Source: the human T2T-CHM13v2.0 reference genome, Homo sapiens. From it: a stretch of DNA of 64,000 bases. Under the pieces are notes generated by a model. The model was not told where the DNA came from and did not search any database. It saw nothing but the letters and a program-made list of their open reading frames with translations. The stretch is taken from NCBI RefSeq assembly GCF_009914755.1, contig NC_060947.1, one strand, 5' to 3'. Below, piece by piece: positions 1 to 18,137 of this stretch. Numbering within the stretch: position 1 is the stretch's first letter; each line of letters starts with the position of its first letter. Position numbers and translations under genes: made by a program.

Positions 1-216
1 CAAGGATATATCTGTGATCTATATAGTGAGGGTACTGGACATAGATAAGGGAGGACAAGGGATTGGAGGAAAGCAACTCAAAAGTTTAAAGATAAAAGCA
101 CTGCACTAAAAGGTTAAAGCACACATACACTTAATGTTATAAAAATCACGGATAGTGAAGGCTTATGTTTAAGCAAATTAATCTAAAATTTTTCTGTACT
201 TAAATAGCCAGAATGG

Positions 217-3660
<3,444 letters not shown>

Positions 3661-3668
3661 TAAAAATA

Positions 3669-3965
<297 letters not shown>

Positions 3966-4337
3966 CAATTATAAAAATTAGCCAGAATTAAAAAAAAAAA
4001 AGAACAAAATAGGCCTTAAATACTTGGGAATTTTTAATTATTCTTTGGATTCAAATGTCAATCTAAAGGTAACCTTTACATAACAACACCTATATCAAGC
4101 AAAACCTGTATCTCAATCAAGTATGCACTTGTGTATAAGTAACACAGGTCCGAATTTGCCTTCAGGAACACTGTGAGTCAATAGGAGCTGGAAAGTCAGG
4201 AGACAGGGGTGTTTTCCTTGCCCTACCTCATCCAGTAAGTGTTTGGGTGGCCTTGAGCAAGTGACCCATCTTTTAGGCCTTCCACACCTGTAAATTGAGT
4301 GGTATGGCCCACAAGGTCTGGCCCTAACATTCTGTGA

Positions 4338-4664
<327 letters not shown>

Positions 4665-4860
4665 TCTTCCTGATTTTCTTAACTTGGAAGGTCCCAGCAG
4701 TATTTGTCAATTTAAACACAATTAAACATAAACAAGAGTTCTTAGAACTTTGTGCTGAGTTTCAGAAACAAGCACATTCCAGGCAAAACAGCCTCTTGTT
4801 GGTTTTTTCTTTTCTTTTTTTTTTCCTGACGTGACTACTAAACCCCAGAACCCATCATAC

Positions 4861-4945
4861 CTTTAGGGATAGGTTGGGAATGTTTGGCTCCTGGGTCCAA
4901 TTTGAAGTCCAAATATAAGGTTGGTGTGCGAGTGTAAACCTTGGA
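4861..4945 (-). CDS. PIR: Pirin coding exon (exon 6), aa ~161-188
   Basis: Translates SKVYTRTPTLYLDFKLDPGAKHSQPIPK(G); acceptor ccttttcag, donor gtatga; 85 nt. Confidence 0.97.
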
Positions 4946-5694
4946 CTGAAAAGGAAAAGGAAACCATCAGTGTTTTTTTCTAAGAATAAGGTTCTTCTTT
5001 CCTTCAGCTGGCCCTTCTGTAATAGGCCTGGACCTGGATCCATTATATATATAGTTCCTCCTAGGGAAGTGTTAAAGCCGAGGTGGGCTGCTAAAACAGC
5101 CCCTCTTAAAGGTCTTGGTCTGGAAGTTAGCCCTCCTAGCTTTACAATGTGGTTGACAAGCTAATTTCAGGATGACAGCTGTCTCCCTACAGCCAGTTCT
5201 CAAATATAGTCCAATAGTAACATTTTACTGGCCAATAATTGCTCCAACTTTCCCACCTCCAGTCTTCCACTTGATATGGCAGGTTATCTCACAACCAAAT
5301 GTATGTTTCTTCCCCATGTCTCAAGAAAGCCATTTCCATTTTGGAATTTAAAAATGCGGCCTGCACATATTTTTTATTTTTTCTTACTTGGCCCTCTGGC
5401 TAACAAAAATGGTCCGACACTGCTCGCTTGAAAAAGCCACAACTCCAAATGTAAGAAAGGCAAACTTTTGCAGGATTTTCCATTATAAACAGTAACTTTT
5501 ATTCCATCAAGAGTTAAGCAGAGTTTCTAATTTAATATAATACCATCCTGAATCATTGGCATAGACTAAAATTCAAGGGATTAGAACTGTTGCTACAAAC
5601 TTTATGATGTCTCATTGTTTATCACAAAGCTCCAGTGGTTCCAGTCTACTTTATAAACTTAAAATGCATATGAAAATGAAAAAGCACATAACCT

Positions 5695-6345
5695 TAAGCT
5701 TGGCACGGATGTGTAGTAACTGTAATTTTCATACACTGCTGGTGGGACTATAACTTGGTATAAACACTTTGGGAAGCTGCTTGGCCATGTGTAGCACAGA
5801 CGAATATATGCATAATCTATGACCCAATATTCCAACTCATAGGTGTATACCTAACAGTCACCTAAAGACAGGCACAAGTACCTTAATAGTGACAGAACTG
5901 ATAATAGCCCCAAACTGGAAATCATCCAAATGTCTTTAATAATAGAATGGATAAATGAAATGTAATATACAGTGGAATACTATACACCAAGGAGAATGAA
6001 TGAACTCAACTACATGCAACAACTCAGGTGAATTTCACAGGCATAATATTGAGCAAATGAAGACAGACACAGAAGATCATACACCGTATGATTCCATTTC
6101 TACAAAGTTCAAAACAAGCCAAAATTAATTTATGATGTCAGAAGTCACAAAATTAGTTATCTTGGGAAGGTTAGCAAGTAGAAAAGGATTTTAAAGGGGC
6201 TTCTGGGGGCTGGTAATGTTCTGTTTCTTAACCTGGCTGCTGCTTTTATGAGTGTGTTTACTTGGTAAACATTCTTTGAGCTGTATACTTGATCTGTGTA
6301 CTTCTCTGTGTATATGTTATATGTTAATTAAAAGATTACATTCAT
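5695..6345 (+). mobile_element. Old L1 (L1MD/L1ME) 3' end
   Basis: Diverged ORF2-end and 3'UTR motifs (tacactgctggtggg, tatgattccattt). Confidence 0.75.
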
Positions 6346-6434
6346 TAAATACATGCATTTTTAGACAAAAAGAGAGAATCTGGAGCCCAGAATTATTTAC
6401 TCTCCTTGATGAAGGCATAATTTTGTGGAGAATA

Positions 6435-6550
6435 ATGATGCAAGCTCCATGAGGACATGAACATTTCTGCCTTTGTTACTACTGAATTCTCAGGGCCAAC
6501 CCACTATGTCTGTCAAATGCTAGGTGTTCAATAAATATTTATTGAATGAT
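6435..6550 (+). mobile_element. L2 3' end
   Basis: aagctccatgagg...tcaataaatatttattgaatga terminal motif. Confidence 0.7.
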
Positions 6551-6599
6551 GTTTCATAATGGAAAACTCCATGTATAGTAATACAGTTATTGACAGTAG

Positions 6600-6644
6600 A
6601 TATATGTATATATGAAGATATATATGAATATATGTACTGACAGT

Positions 6645-6683
<39 letters not shown>

Positions 6684-6830
6684 CCGTCAATAACTGTATT
6701 ACTATTCCATATACTGTCAATAACCGTATTACTATACATGGGATTTTATATACATATATACATACATATATACACACACAAGTGTGTGTGTGTGCATATG
6801 TGTGTGTATGTATACATATATATATATATG
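6600..6830. repeat. (TA)n/(CA)n/(TG)n microsatellite complex
   Basis: Directly visible dinucleotide runs. Confidence 0.9.
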
Positions 6831-7576
6831 GGGTATTCATCAACATCTTCACCTACATGTAGCAAAATGCTTCTCTTCAGGACAGGTGAATTTGGTATGG
6901 TCAAAATATATTGTCTGTACATTAAATTTTGAAATAAAGAATCGTGAGTAATCTTGACTATCAAAAGATTTTTTTCCTTTCCTCTGAATGTCTCCAATTG
7001 AAGCTTTGGGGTTTAAAATGCTCTGGTAGACTTTTGCATGGCTTAGAAGGTCAAGCTGCATTAATACAGCTTCAAAGACTAGAAAAGCAAATTCCCCCGT
7101 GTATATATAAATGAAACCAGAAAGACCTGTGACATCAAGTGCAACCTGAGGCCAAAGATTCACAATCAATCAGAGAGCTTGAAACACACATAAAAGAAGG
7201 GCAGCACACAAGGGGCACAGGATCTGATTCTCTAGGATCATTAGGTGTATAAGACACCATCTGGAAAGGGGCTGGTTTTGTCTGATGAGGACTTCTAAAA
7301 TTACCTCTAAAAAGATTAAGGGTAAACTTCATATAATATCGAATGACTCCTCTGTTCAGGCAATATTTCGCTGTCCTTCAGATAAAGATCCCTGTTTGGT
7401 TTAAGCATCTTTTTCAACCTCTGCCTCAGTGGCAGATGCAGTATCCCTTCCAACAGAGAAGAAATGCATCACAAAGAGGTTCTTGCTTTAATTTTTGCTA
7501 GCACTCTCCCAGAATGTGGCCATAAAAATAATCTTGAACTGGAAGTCAGGAGTCTTTCATGCTGTATTGCTTTTTC

Positions 7577-7763
7577 TTTTCTTCTTTCTTTACCTTTCTT
7601 TCTTTCTCTCTGTCTCTCTCTCTCTTTCTTTTTTAAATTTTCTTGTAGAGATGGGATTTCGCCATGTTGCCCAGGCTGGTTTCGGACTCCTGGGCTCAAG
7701 CCATCTGCCCGCCTCGGCTTCCCAAAGTGCTGGGATTATAGGTGTGAGCCACCGTGCCCAGCT
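7577..7763 (-). mobile_element. FLAM_C-like Alu monomer with (TC/TTTC)n tail
   Basis: Single Alu left arm; TSD gtattgctttttct at 7564 and 7768. Confidence 0.85.
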
Positions 7764-8529
7764 AGAGGTATTGCTTTTTCTGCTGACCAACGAAACACTT
7801 ATCTTCTTCTGGGTTAATTCGCTCATCTGAAAATTTTGTGAGGGTACTTGCTGTTGTTTAAGTCTATTTCTGGTTCTGAAATTCTGATTCAGAAAAGTAA
7901 TGTTTTCCTCCACACTCTAATTTTTAAAATTCTCTTCCAATTTCTCAGACTAGAGCTAAAGAGAAGTGAGAATGTGGCTGGGGTGAGGGAGGGCAACTAG
8001 AGCTGTGGAGAGTTGGTGGGAAAGCTCTGGTTAACTCGCTGTATTCTTGCCCTCAACTTCAGTCATCAGTCTGCCCTCCTGGCTGGCTCTTTTTCCTTCT
8101 TCCTTCCTGTCTCTTGCTTCTCAACCTAATCCATATTGTTCAAAAAATAGTAGCTACCTCTCTAAGTTGCAACTACACAGGCACAAGCACACATGCAGGT
8201 GTATTCACACTCACACAGAACGTTCTATATTCATTTATGTATTCATCTTAAAAATTTTAAACAGAAACCAATGAGAGACTTTAATAAAGCCACAAAATAT
8301 ATTCTATCGTCTCACAGTGTGAAAAAGTCTAAGAGGAAATTTTTAATTCATTTTGCAGATGTTTTTCACAACATCTTTAACCTAAAACAGGATTCCAATT
8401 CTAGTATTCTTTTCATATTGGGAACTGGATCATTGAGGGTGTCAATATAACATATGTCTTGAATAATAAACTACCCCAAAGCCTTCAAAACTGAATGTAT
8501 ATTATTCTATTTAAAATAATCTATAATGA

Positions 8530-8977
<448 letters not shown>

Positions 8978-11149
8978 CTATTAATAGAACCTCAAAATAG
9001 AATGATAATTTAATTAAATCATTCTTTTTTGGTTAAAACTTAGCTATCAATGAATCTATTTCCACAAGAGTCAAACAAATTGGTCCATAAGAAACTAAAA
9101 GAAAACATTCCCCTATAAATCCGTTGCAGCATGCACAGAGCTAATGCACTCAAATTCTATTAGTGAATTTGTTTTTTTTTCCTTTTTTTTCTGTTTCAGT
9201 TCTGATTAATAATGCCTGCAGAGGTACTAAAATCCAAAGCTCTTCCCCTTTCGTCTTTCTTTCCATTTCACAATCCTGTGTTGAAAGTATTTAGGAAACT
9301 TTCCTTTAAAGTTTTAGCCTATATTTCAAAAGCCTAATGGCTTAAAATATTATGGTTCAAATATTATGCAGGGAATATTTCTAGAAGGTAAGTAATTCAA
9401 TTCTTCATAAGAGATTAAGGGTACATTTTGGCTAACCTACAACAGGGCTGCTACCAAATCCAGGAAAACCTTGTCTCTCCTTCCCTATAAATATGTCAGA
9501 ACCAAACCCATAATGAGTCTCAGACACCACTCCAATAATGACCACAAAACAACCAAGACAAAACAAGGTCTATAAAACCACTTCCTTCCAAACTCCAACT
9601 ACCTTCATCTTATGTCCTTCAAAGACTTCCCATTTACCCTGGCTTTTGGTAGGATACCCTTGTCAAGCTGGCTTCCTTCCTCTGCTTTTATTCATAAATG
9701 TGATCTTAATTAGGAGATGAAATCACTTCCACATGGAAGCTATGTGGCTTAAAAACATCTCCCCAAGAAAAAGAATGCAGCATGCTACGTTGCTATGTAT
9801 GAGTGTGGCAAAGGAAGTATCTTGAATTTTGCCATTGCTCCTTTGACAGATAACTGCTGCCCATTGATTCCCAAATGCTGCTGTTTTTACCACCATCTTT
9901 GACTCTCCCTAAAAGCAAGTGGCAGCAATGTAGTGTCATAATGCTTTGTGAATGTAATAAATTGTGAATGTAATAAATGCATTCACAGTTCTTTGGGGGA
10001 ACTATTTCAAAAGCTCTTTATGATTTAGTTATTTCTCAGGAAATGCACTCAAATTGTCAATCTTACTATAATATGTTGCTTAAGGAAATTACTCTAAGTA
10101 ACCATATTAATGAGTGCCAATCCCCAATATCCTATAAGAGAAAGAAACAGTGTTTCTACTTGTTCCTAGACACACACCCCCCATTTTGGACAACTCCTCT
10201 AATATTGGACATTGTGTTTTATGGGGTTTTTGTGTGTCATTGTTAACTTTCGACGAATCTCTTTGCACATAAATCTTTGATTACATTTCTATTTTTTTCC
10301 TTCACAGTGAAATTATAGATGTAAAGGTTAAGACATTGTGGCCAAAAGCAAATTGTTCAACATAATCATCTGGTTAAACAGCAATTTTGCTGAAAATCTC
10401 TACTGCTAGTCACTGCTTTTCCTAGTCTTGGTAATTTTGCTACACCACAGGGCAGCCTTTCAACTCTTTATGTGCTCTAAATTGTTTTTTCCCCATCCAG
10501 TCTCCTATTGTTAGAAAGTTAACATATTCCAACAGATCTCCTATTGTTGCACATTTTTTTTCCTTGTCACAAACATAGAATGGAAAAATTAATTGCTGAA
10601 AAAAGGTAAAAGTTAAAAAATAACCACCCCCCCCCCCGAAAACCTTTGGAAAATGGACAAAAAGTAAGGAAACAAGCTTAATCTGAAGAAAAAAGTTTAA
10701 AGGCACCACCTCCACAGTATAAATACCATTATCTCAACAACCCACATCTAGCAGTATCTGTTCTTGAACAAATCATCATCTGATCACTTGTTATACTAAC
10801 TAACTTGCTTTCATCCAAATTGGTTTTGTCAAATCACTTGGTAACTACCTTTAAAAAGTGCCCATCTCATCAAAATGTTGATCATCTTATTTTTTTTCAT
10901 TGTAGTTCATTTAAAAAGCAGAAATTGGTATCTCCTTACTCTTTAAATTTGACTATTAGTTTGGGTGATATTATTATTATTAATTTTAAAATAATAGTAA
11001 CTATTATTAATATAAAAATAGCAATAACTAAATATGTTGAGGGCTTAGTATGTACCAGGCACTATTTTAGGGGCATCGTATGTATTAATTAAGGCCACTT
11101 GCATTTCTCTTTCAGTAAACTATCTGCTCATTAACCTATTTAACTTTTC

Positions 11150-12469
11150 ATTCATTTATCAATTAATTTCCTCATTCAAAAAATATTGGTTAAGAATCTA
11201 TAATGTGCTAGTCATTGGATATATATTGCTGAATAACAGTTCTGCTCAACCCTTGTGAAGTATTACTTTCTAGTGAAGAAGATAATTTAGCAAATTAAAT
11301 ATAAAACTTTAAAATGTGGTACTTGCTAGAAAAGAAATAAATAGGATGCAGAGAGAGAAAATAAAATGAGGAGAGTAAGGGAAGTCCTCACTAGGGAGAT
11401 TACATTAAAGTGAAGACTTGAATAAGAAGAGTTGAGGGTAAGAGATTTCTGGGCAGAAAAAAGAGAATAGCATGTGTGAAGGCCATGAAGCCATAAAGAG
11501 CTTGAAGTATTCAGAAACTGAGAGGAGAGCAACATGGCAGACATAAAGTGGTTGCTGGAGCGAATGACATAAGTTTAGAAAGTTAGGAAAGATTCAATCA
11601 GATATAGGCCATAGTATGGCATTTAGGATTTCTTTAAAATACAATGAGAACACATTGAAGAAGAACCAGATCCAATTTTCATCTTAAAGAGATGTCTTAA
11701 GCTACTATATAAAGAACTGGAAGGGAGTAAGAATAGAGGAGAGGAGACTCCTGAAGAGGATGCTGGAGTAGGCCAGAGAGGGATGGGAGAGAAATAGGTA
11801 GATTTGAAATAATATATTTGGAGATAGAAAGGTTTTTGCTGAGGGACTAGATGCAGTGGGTATAAGGATGGCCATCATGTTTCTACTTTGAGCAGTGAGT
11901 GATAATGCCATTTATTAAGATGGAGAAGACTGGAAGAGAAACAAGTTGTTTGCTGTCAAGACAGGTGAGGGTGGGGAGAACAAGACTTCAACTTTTGCTA
12001 TTTTAAATTTGACGTGCCTGGGCACCATGCAAATGGAGATGTCAAGTTGGCAGTGGCAGATATGAATCTACATAGAGCTCAAAGGGGAGGCTTGTACTGT
12101 GAATATCAATCTGGGAGTTGTCAGACTATACATGGTATCTAAATCCATGAAATAAATAAGCTCACTTAGGCAGATGCTCAATGAAAGAGAAGACTCAGGA
12201 CTGAGATCCAGGGAACTAAAGTGTTTAAGGGTCTGGCCAAGAAAACGGTGTCACCTGGAGAAAGGAAACTGAGAAGGAGCAAAGAGCAACCAGAGACACA
12301 AGAATGTATTATCTCAGAAACCAAAGAAAGAGAGGCTGTGGAGAAGGACAAAGCAATCAAGCCATGGAGAGGAAGAGCTGACATGAAGAAGGAACCAAAG
12401 AAAGAAGAAGAAGGAGAAGGAGAAGGAGAAGCAGAAGAGGAAGAGGAAGAAGAAGGAGGAGGAGGAGGA

Positions 12470-12535
<66 letters not shown>

Positions 12536-13600
12536 AAGAAAGAAATGAGGAGGAGGAAGGAGAAAGAGAGGAGGAAGGAGAAAGAAGGAGGAGAAAGGAG
12601 AAAGAAGGAGGAAGAAGAGGAAGGAGAAAGAAGGAGGAGGAGGAAGGAGAAAGAAGGAGGAGGAGGAAGGAGAAAGAAGGAGGAGGAGGAAGGAGAAAGA
12701 AGGAGGAGGAGGAAGGAGAAAGAAGGAGGAGGAGGAAGGAGAAAGAAGGAGGAGGAGGAAGGAGAAAGAAGGAGGAGGAGGAAGGAGAAAGAAGGAGGAG
12801 GAGGAAGGAGAAAGAAGGAGGAGGAGGAAGGAGAAAGAAGGAGGAGGAAGGAGAAAGAAGGAGGAGGAGGAAGGGGAAAGAAGGAGGAGGAGGAAGGAGG
12901 AAGAAGGAGGAGGAGGAAGGAGAAAGAAGGAGGAGGAGGAAGGAGAAAGCAGGAGGAGGAGGAAGGAGAAAGAAGGAGGAGGAAGGAGAAAGAAGGAGGA
13001 GGAGGAAGGAGAAAGAAGGAGGAGGAAGGAGAAAGGAGGAGGAGGGAGGAGAAAGAAGGAGGAGGAGGGAGGAGAAAGAAGGAGGAGGAGGAAGGAGAAA
13101 GAAGAAGGAGGAGAAAGAAGAAGGAGGAGAAGGAAGGAGAAAGAAGAAGGAGGAGGAGAAAGAAGAAGAAGGAGATAGAAGAAGGAGGAGGAAGGAGAAA
13201 GAAGAAGGAGGAGGAGAAAGAAGAAAGAGGAGAAAGAAGAAGGAGATAGAAGGAGAAGGAAGGAGAAAGAAGAAGGAGGAACGAGAAAAAGGAGGGGGAA
13301 GGAGAAAGAAGGAGGAGGAGAAAAAAGAAGGAGGAGAAAGGAGGAGTAGGAACGAAAAAGGAGGAGGAAGGAGGAGGAGGAAGAAGGAGAAGGAGAAGAA
13401 AGACAGGGAGAGGGAGAGGGAGAGGGAGAAGGAGAAGGAGATTACCACCTCTGGTTTGGCCACATGGAAGTCAGTGGTGACTGGTTTCAATGGACCAGTG
13501 TGGGTGGATGTCAAGTTGAGAACATCAAGGAGGTAGGACAGTGGAGATGAAATGTGCAGACACATCTTCAGTGATGTGTGACTGTGAGAGGGAATGGAAA
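11150..13600 (-). mobile_element. L2 element split by a purine minisatellite
   Basis: L2 antisense motifs from 11150 to ~12380, resuming at ~13440 (tttggccacatggaagtcagtggtgac). Confidence 0.7.
12386..13440 (+). repeat. ~1 kb homopurine tract: (GAA/GGA)n, (GAAA)n and a 23-nt minisatellite GGAGAAAGAAGGAGGAGGAGGAA
   Basis: Directly visible; the 23-aa periodicity in ORF 12221..13249 equals three 23-nt units. Confidence 0.97.
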
Positions 13601-13873
13601 ATTGGCGGCTATGAAGTCAAGGACGTTTGGTGCTTCTCATCAATTTACATGAGAGGTTTGTTTTTTTTTTTTTTCAATAAAGTAAGGTTATTATCTCCCA
13701 GTTTGTTTTTGGCCTTTAATTTCATTTACAAGGTTTCTGACATGGGTCTAATCTATTCATCTTTTCCTTCCAATGCTTTTAAACCTGGAAAGTCTTTCCC
13801 CATCCAAAGATCATATAAATGTTTGTGTATATTTTTCTAGTTCAAAATGTTTAACATTAAATTATTTAATCTA

Positions 13874-14290
<417 letters not shown>

Positions 14291-15371
14291 TTATTAAATG
14301 GTTAACCAATTGTCCCAGTTGACTTATTCTTCTTTTCCTCAATTGATGATAATCTTCTTTATCCCTGTTAAGTTTGCATATATATTTGGGTCTAGTTCAG
14401 GTAGGTTCTCCTTCTACCACTTACAAGGAAGAGCCTCAATGGGGAAAACCAAGTGTTCACTTAATTTACTAGCTCAGGAGTCCCAACTAATAGAGTAAGA
14501 TCTACTCCATGAGGAGCTCATGTCATCATCTAGTACAGTTCTTATGGCTTCCCAATGTCCTCATCTTCCTTCTACCACCTTCCCACTCTCGTGATCTGTT
14601 GGGCTTTGCACTGGGGATAAAAATGCATCAGCACAGACCTAGTCTCTGCACTACCATACACACTCAGGAGACTCACTGCCAGATCCCATTGCCCCTGCAT
14701 GGGGAGCCATACTTTCTCATTTCTCCTGGAGATGGTAAGGCTTTGAGGAAGTGAAAAGTAGATTTACCATACTGTTTAAAGCAAACTTCTAACTCATTTT
14801 TAGAATAGGCTGATGCTCTTCAACAAAATGATGTCTTCTGTATCCAATCCAAAGCACTTTGAATTCTGAATTCTTGATTGTTTTAAACAATTCTGATAAG
14901 CAATGGGAAAGATTAGTTTCCATCCCCAGTGCCAAAGGTATCGTGGGAAGGATTAAAACTCTGTAATCATATTTTGACATATACATGAAGTGTTACACAA
15001 AGAGAAGACAAGGAACTCTTAGGCAAAATGCCAATGACTCTTTGTAGGGTGGGAGTTAGAGAGGGCCAAAAAAACATTTTTAACTTCTATCAACCATAAA
15101 AGACTGTGGACAGTCTTGAACATCAAGCTGTCTAGCTGACCAAGAATTTTAAACATAGCCAAATTCAGTCTATAGTATTCTTTTTCAAGTAGCCCTTTAA
15201 TCAGTAGTAATACTCTTGTCCTTCTCTTTCTCACCTTTTATTTATGGGAAGAGTAGTGAGGAAAGAAGGACTAAAGGGGAAGAGAATAAAGATGATGACG
15301 GGGACTCACAGTACTGAAATTTAACCAGAGACATGTTAATTGTGAAACTGGACTTTGATTTCTTCACCCTT

Positions 15372-15597
15372 TGAGTCAGCATCCTTGCCTGAATTTGGGT
15401 TACAGATGTTCTAATTTCTTGGAAAATTAAAACCAGAAAAAGAACAAATTCCCATGTCTTATATAAATAATCCATCTACAACCCTATAAAGGCAACAGTA
15501 TAATAAAACCACAAATGGCCCCCAAATAGGCTAACACAGAGCCTTCCTATTTGTTAACTCCAATCCATGGGTAATGTGTTCCAAGACTGAGTCAGCA
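15372..15597 (+). promoter_or_regulatory. Pair of NF-E2/ARE-like motifs (TGAGTCAGCA)
   Basis: Exact TGAGTCAGCA at 15372-15381 and 15588-15597; function unproven. Confidence 0.35.
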
Positions 15598-16074
15598 AAT
15601 CTATTAACCAATGCTAGAATATTCCTCACAAGGCTTCTAATATTTATTAGTTACATTTGCTATTTACTAAAATATTTTTAAGAGTTCTTGTAGGAAAGTG
15701 CATCAAGATGTAACACGGGAAACTCATTGGCAAAGATTTCATAGAGCTCTGGGTATGGATACTTTCATATAGATATGTTTCTTCAATTTTATGATTAAAA
15801 TTAATGAAGGGGGAATTTATTATGGTCTAGGGCTTCTTCTACGTGATCATTTGCAGGATGTTCTGACACAGACAGGCAGGGGTGTCTGCTTGTACAGGCA
15901 TGTGCCTGAAGGTACCCTTTTGGTGTAGAAAGAGACATGGTCATTTTGAAGCTTCCTTCCATGAAAATGAGCTAAGGCATTCCCTAACTGGAGAGAGATA
16001 CACTCAGCAAACTTATGCATCAGGGCTGAATGGTGTGATAAGGCAGGGGAAATGTTCAAATAAAATGGGACAAA

Positions 16075-16235
16075 ATTCAGGAAACCTGAGTTTGGGTCTG
16101 GTCTTCTTTCACAATGAGCTGTGTGACCTTGGGAAAGACTTTTTGCCTAGTTGGGTTTCAGCCTTCTCATTTACAAAGTGGTGGAGTTGGAGAGCTTATC
16201 TTTGGGGTCCATTGCTGCCTGACATTCTGATTCAA
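16075..16235 (+). mobile_element. MIR
   Basis: MIR core gctgtgtgaccttgggaaag...cttctcatttacaaa. Confidence 0.7.
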
Positions 16236-16438
16236 ATGAAAGTACCAGAAGAAAATGGAACAGTAAGTGGTGGTTGGCTTTGAAAAGCATCTCATTCTAT
16301 CAGGAATTCTAGATTCGTGTTGCCCTAAGAACTTTGTTCATATATTAATACACCATTATGGCAATGGAAGAGCTGAATGAATGAATGAATTGAAAGTTTT
16401 CTGTACAACTATTATATAAATGGGCCAGAGAGAGCCCC

Positions 16439-16987
16439 TGTATATTAGGTGAAAATGGCCCCCATGTTGGTTACTTCCTTACACTAGGATAGGACCATTA
16501 GCCCAAAGAACACTGATGCCAAACTCCAATTTTCGCACACCAAATTGCTTTAAATATATTCCAAAATGAACAAAATTTTAGCCATTTAGAGCCTACCTAC
16601 TTCATATAGACTGTGAAACTATTCCCAACATCTGCTAGCCAGAAATAAGATAAACTATTACCAGCATCTGCTAGCCAGCTATAAGACCTCAAACTGCTAA
16701 TGTCCTTCAGAACTCTCTAATCCAGAGAAACCTCACCTTGCTGTTGAGTGATATCACCTGGACATGTAAGCCTCCTCTCTGATTTCCCCTACTCCTTCAG
16801 GTCTCTTGCCCTATTTCCTTTCTGAGGGGTGGCCTTGTGCCACTGTCTCTGGAAAATCTCCAGCTATGAAGAACTTTCCCTCTTACGCAACCTTGTCTGA
16901 GCACTGCCCAAATAAAGTTTGTATGTTACTGCTTCTCATGAAACTGTCTCTTCCTTGATCAACTCCCCAATCCCCAAATTTACCACA
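16439..16987 (+). mobile_element. ERVL-type solo LTR (MER74/MER88 group, tentative)
   Basis: TG...CA termini, AATAAA at ~16911, end motif ttccttgatcaactcccc. Confidence 0.6.
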
Positions 16988-17387
16988 TCAACCCATCTAA
17001 ATACAGTATTCAAATAGGTCCTAAAAGTATTGAATATGGCCTCCTGTGTATCCACAAACAAGAGGAGAAGTAGTTCCCTGCTATTCAGCACCAGCTCAGA
17101 AAAATTGAAGAATTGACCAGATCTGCTGAAAGGCTGGAGCACTATGCAAGGGATCAGTATATATCCCCAATTCAGGTCAGGGATCATTCATGAATTCCTG
17201 TGCAAATAGGGAGTGGTCAGATCCTTGGCAAAATGACAGATGGGCCAAGGTTTTCCTTTTGAACGCTTCAACATGTATCTCTCCTCTTAAGCCTTTTCAG
17301 TCTTTAAAAGTTTCCAAGACAAAACCTTCTCTCAACAAAAAATCTGATTTCTACTGGGCTGTGCCAAACTGGTGAAGGACCTATGTG

Positions 17388-17527
17388 AGCATGTGATTAA
17401 GAGCACAGACCCTGGAGCCAGACCATCCAGTTAGAATCCCAGTTCTGTCACTTACTATATGTGTAACCCTAGGCAAGTTGCTAACCTCACTATGTTTCAG
17501 TTCCCTATCTCATTGTGAGAATTCAAT
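17388..17527 (+). mobile_element. MIR 5' part (continues after nested LTR33 and MER33)
   Basis: gattaagagcacagaccctggagccagac...ggcaagtt. Confidence 0.75.
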
Positions 17528-18099
17528 TGCACACATTTTACATGCCTCCTCAGAGTCGCTCAGCCTCATTATAGCTCCTCAGCCCTTGGCCTCTTATGGA
17601 GACCTGTAGGTGCCATCATTGTTGCAACTGTTGACATCGCCAGATGCCTTGGCCTGTCCTAGCCGACTGTCAAGTTCTGACATCGTCTTGATTGTCCTCT
17701 CAGTGGTGGGAGTTCCAGAAGCTCCAGAGTCTGGGCTTGACCTAAGTGACCTACGGAGGCTCTGGATCCTCTCTTCATGCCCACACTTGGATACAGATCC
17801 AAGCCATAGAATGGGACATGTGGCCTATTCAGAGGCTGTCTGCAGGGACCGGGTGACACAAACCAGAAGGGCAGGGAATTAGCTCCCCATGGGCAAACTT
17901 TGACCAAAGAGGAATGGAAGATGTGGGGCAACAGACAAATTCTTGCTCCCTTAGAAAGTTCTGAGGTACAGCTTCCTGAACAGGCATCCTACATGGCCAA
18001 GAATCTGTCTCACTTCCCTTCTCCTTCACTCCCACTGCCCTGGGATTGCAAATAATACTTGCCTTGGGCTTTGTTTTCCAGAGAACCCAAGTTAAATCA
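17528..18099 (+). mobile_element. LTR33-like ERVL solo LTR
   Basis: gggcaaactttgacca motif and terminal ttccagagaacccaagttaaatca. Confidence 0.65.
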
Positions 18100-18137
18100 G
18101 AATTAAAAGAATTGACACATATAAAGAACTCAGAACT

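Noticed and set aside
6520-6997. ORFs rich in HT/CV/YI repeats
   Set aside because: Translations of dinucleotide microsatellites
9946-9977. 16-bp tandem duplication ttgtgaatgtaataaa
   Set aside because: Ordinary slippage duplication; similar ones at ~3305, ~51395 and ~60420
12600-13100. CRISPR-like regularly spaced 23-nt repeats
   Set aside because: Head-to-tail tandem units with no spacers and no cas genes; eukaryotic DNA
12221-13565. 342-aa (+) and 402-aa (-) ORFs
   Set aside because: Open only because a homopurine repeat cannot encode stop codons; low-complexity E/K/R/G and S/F/L/P translations
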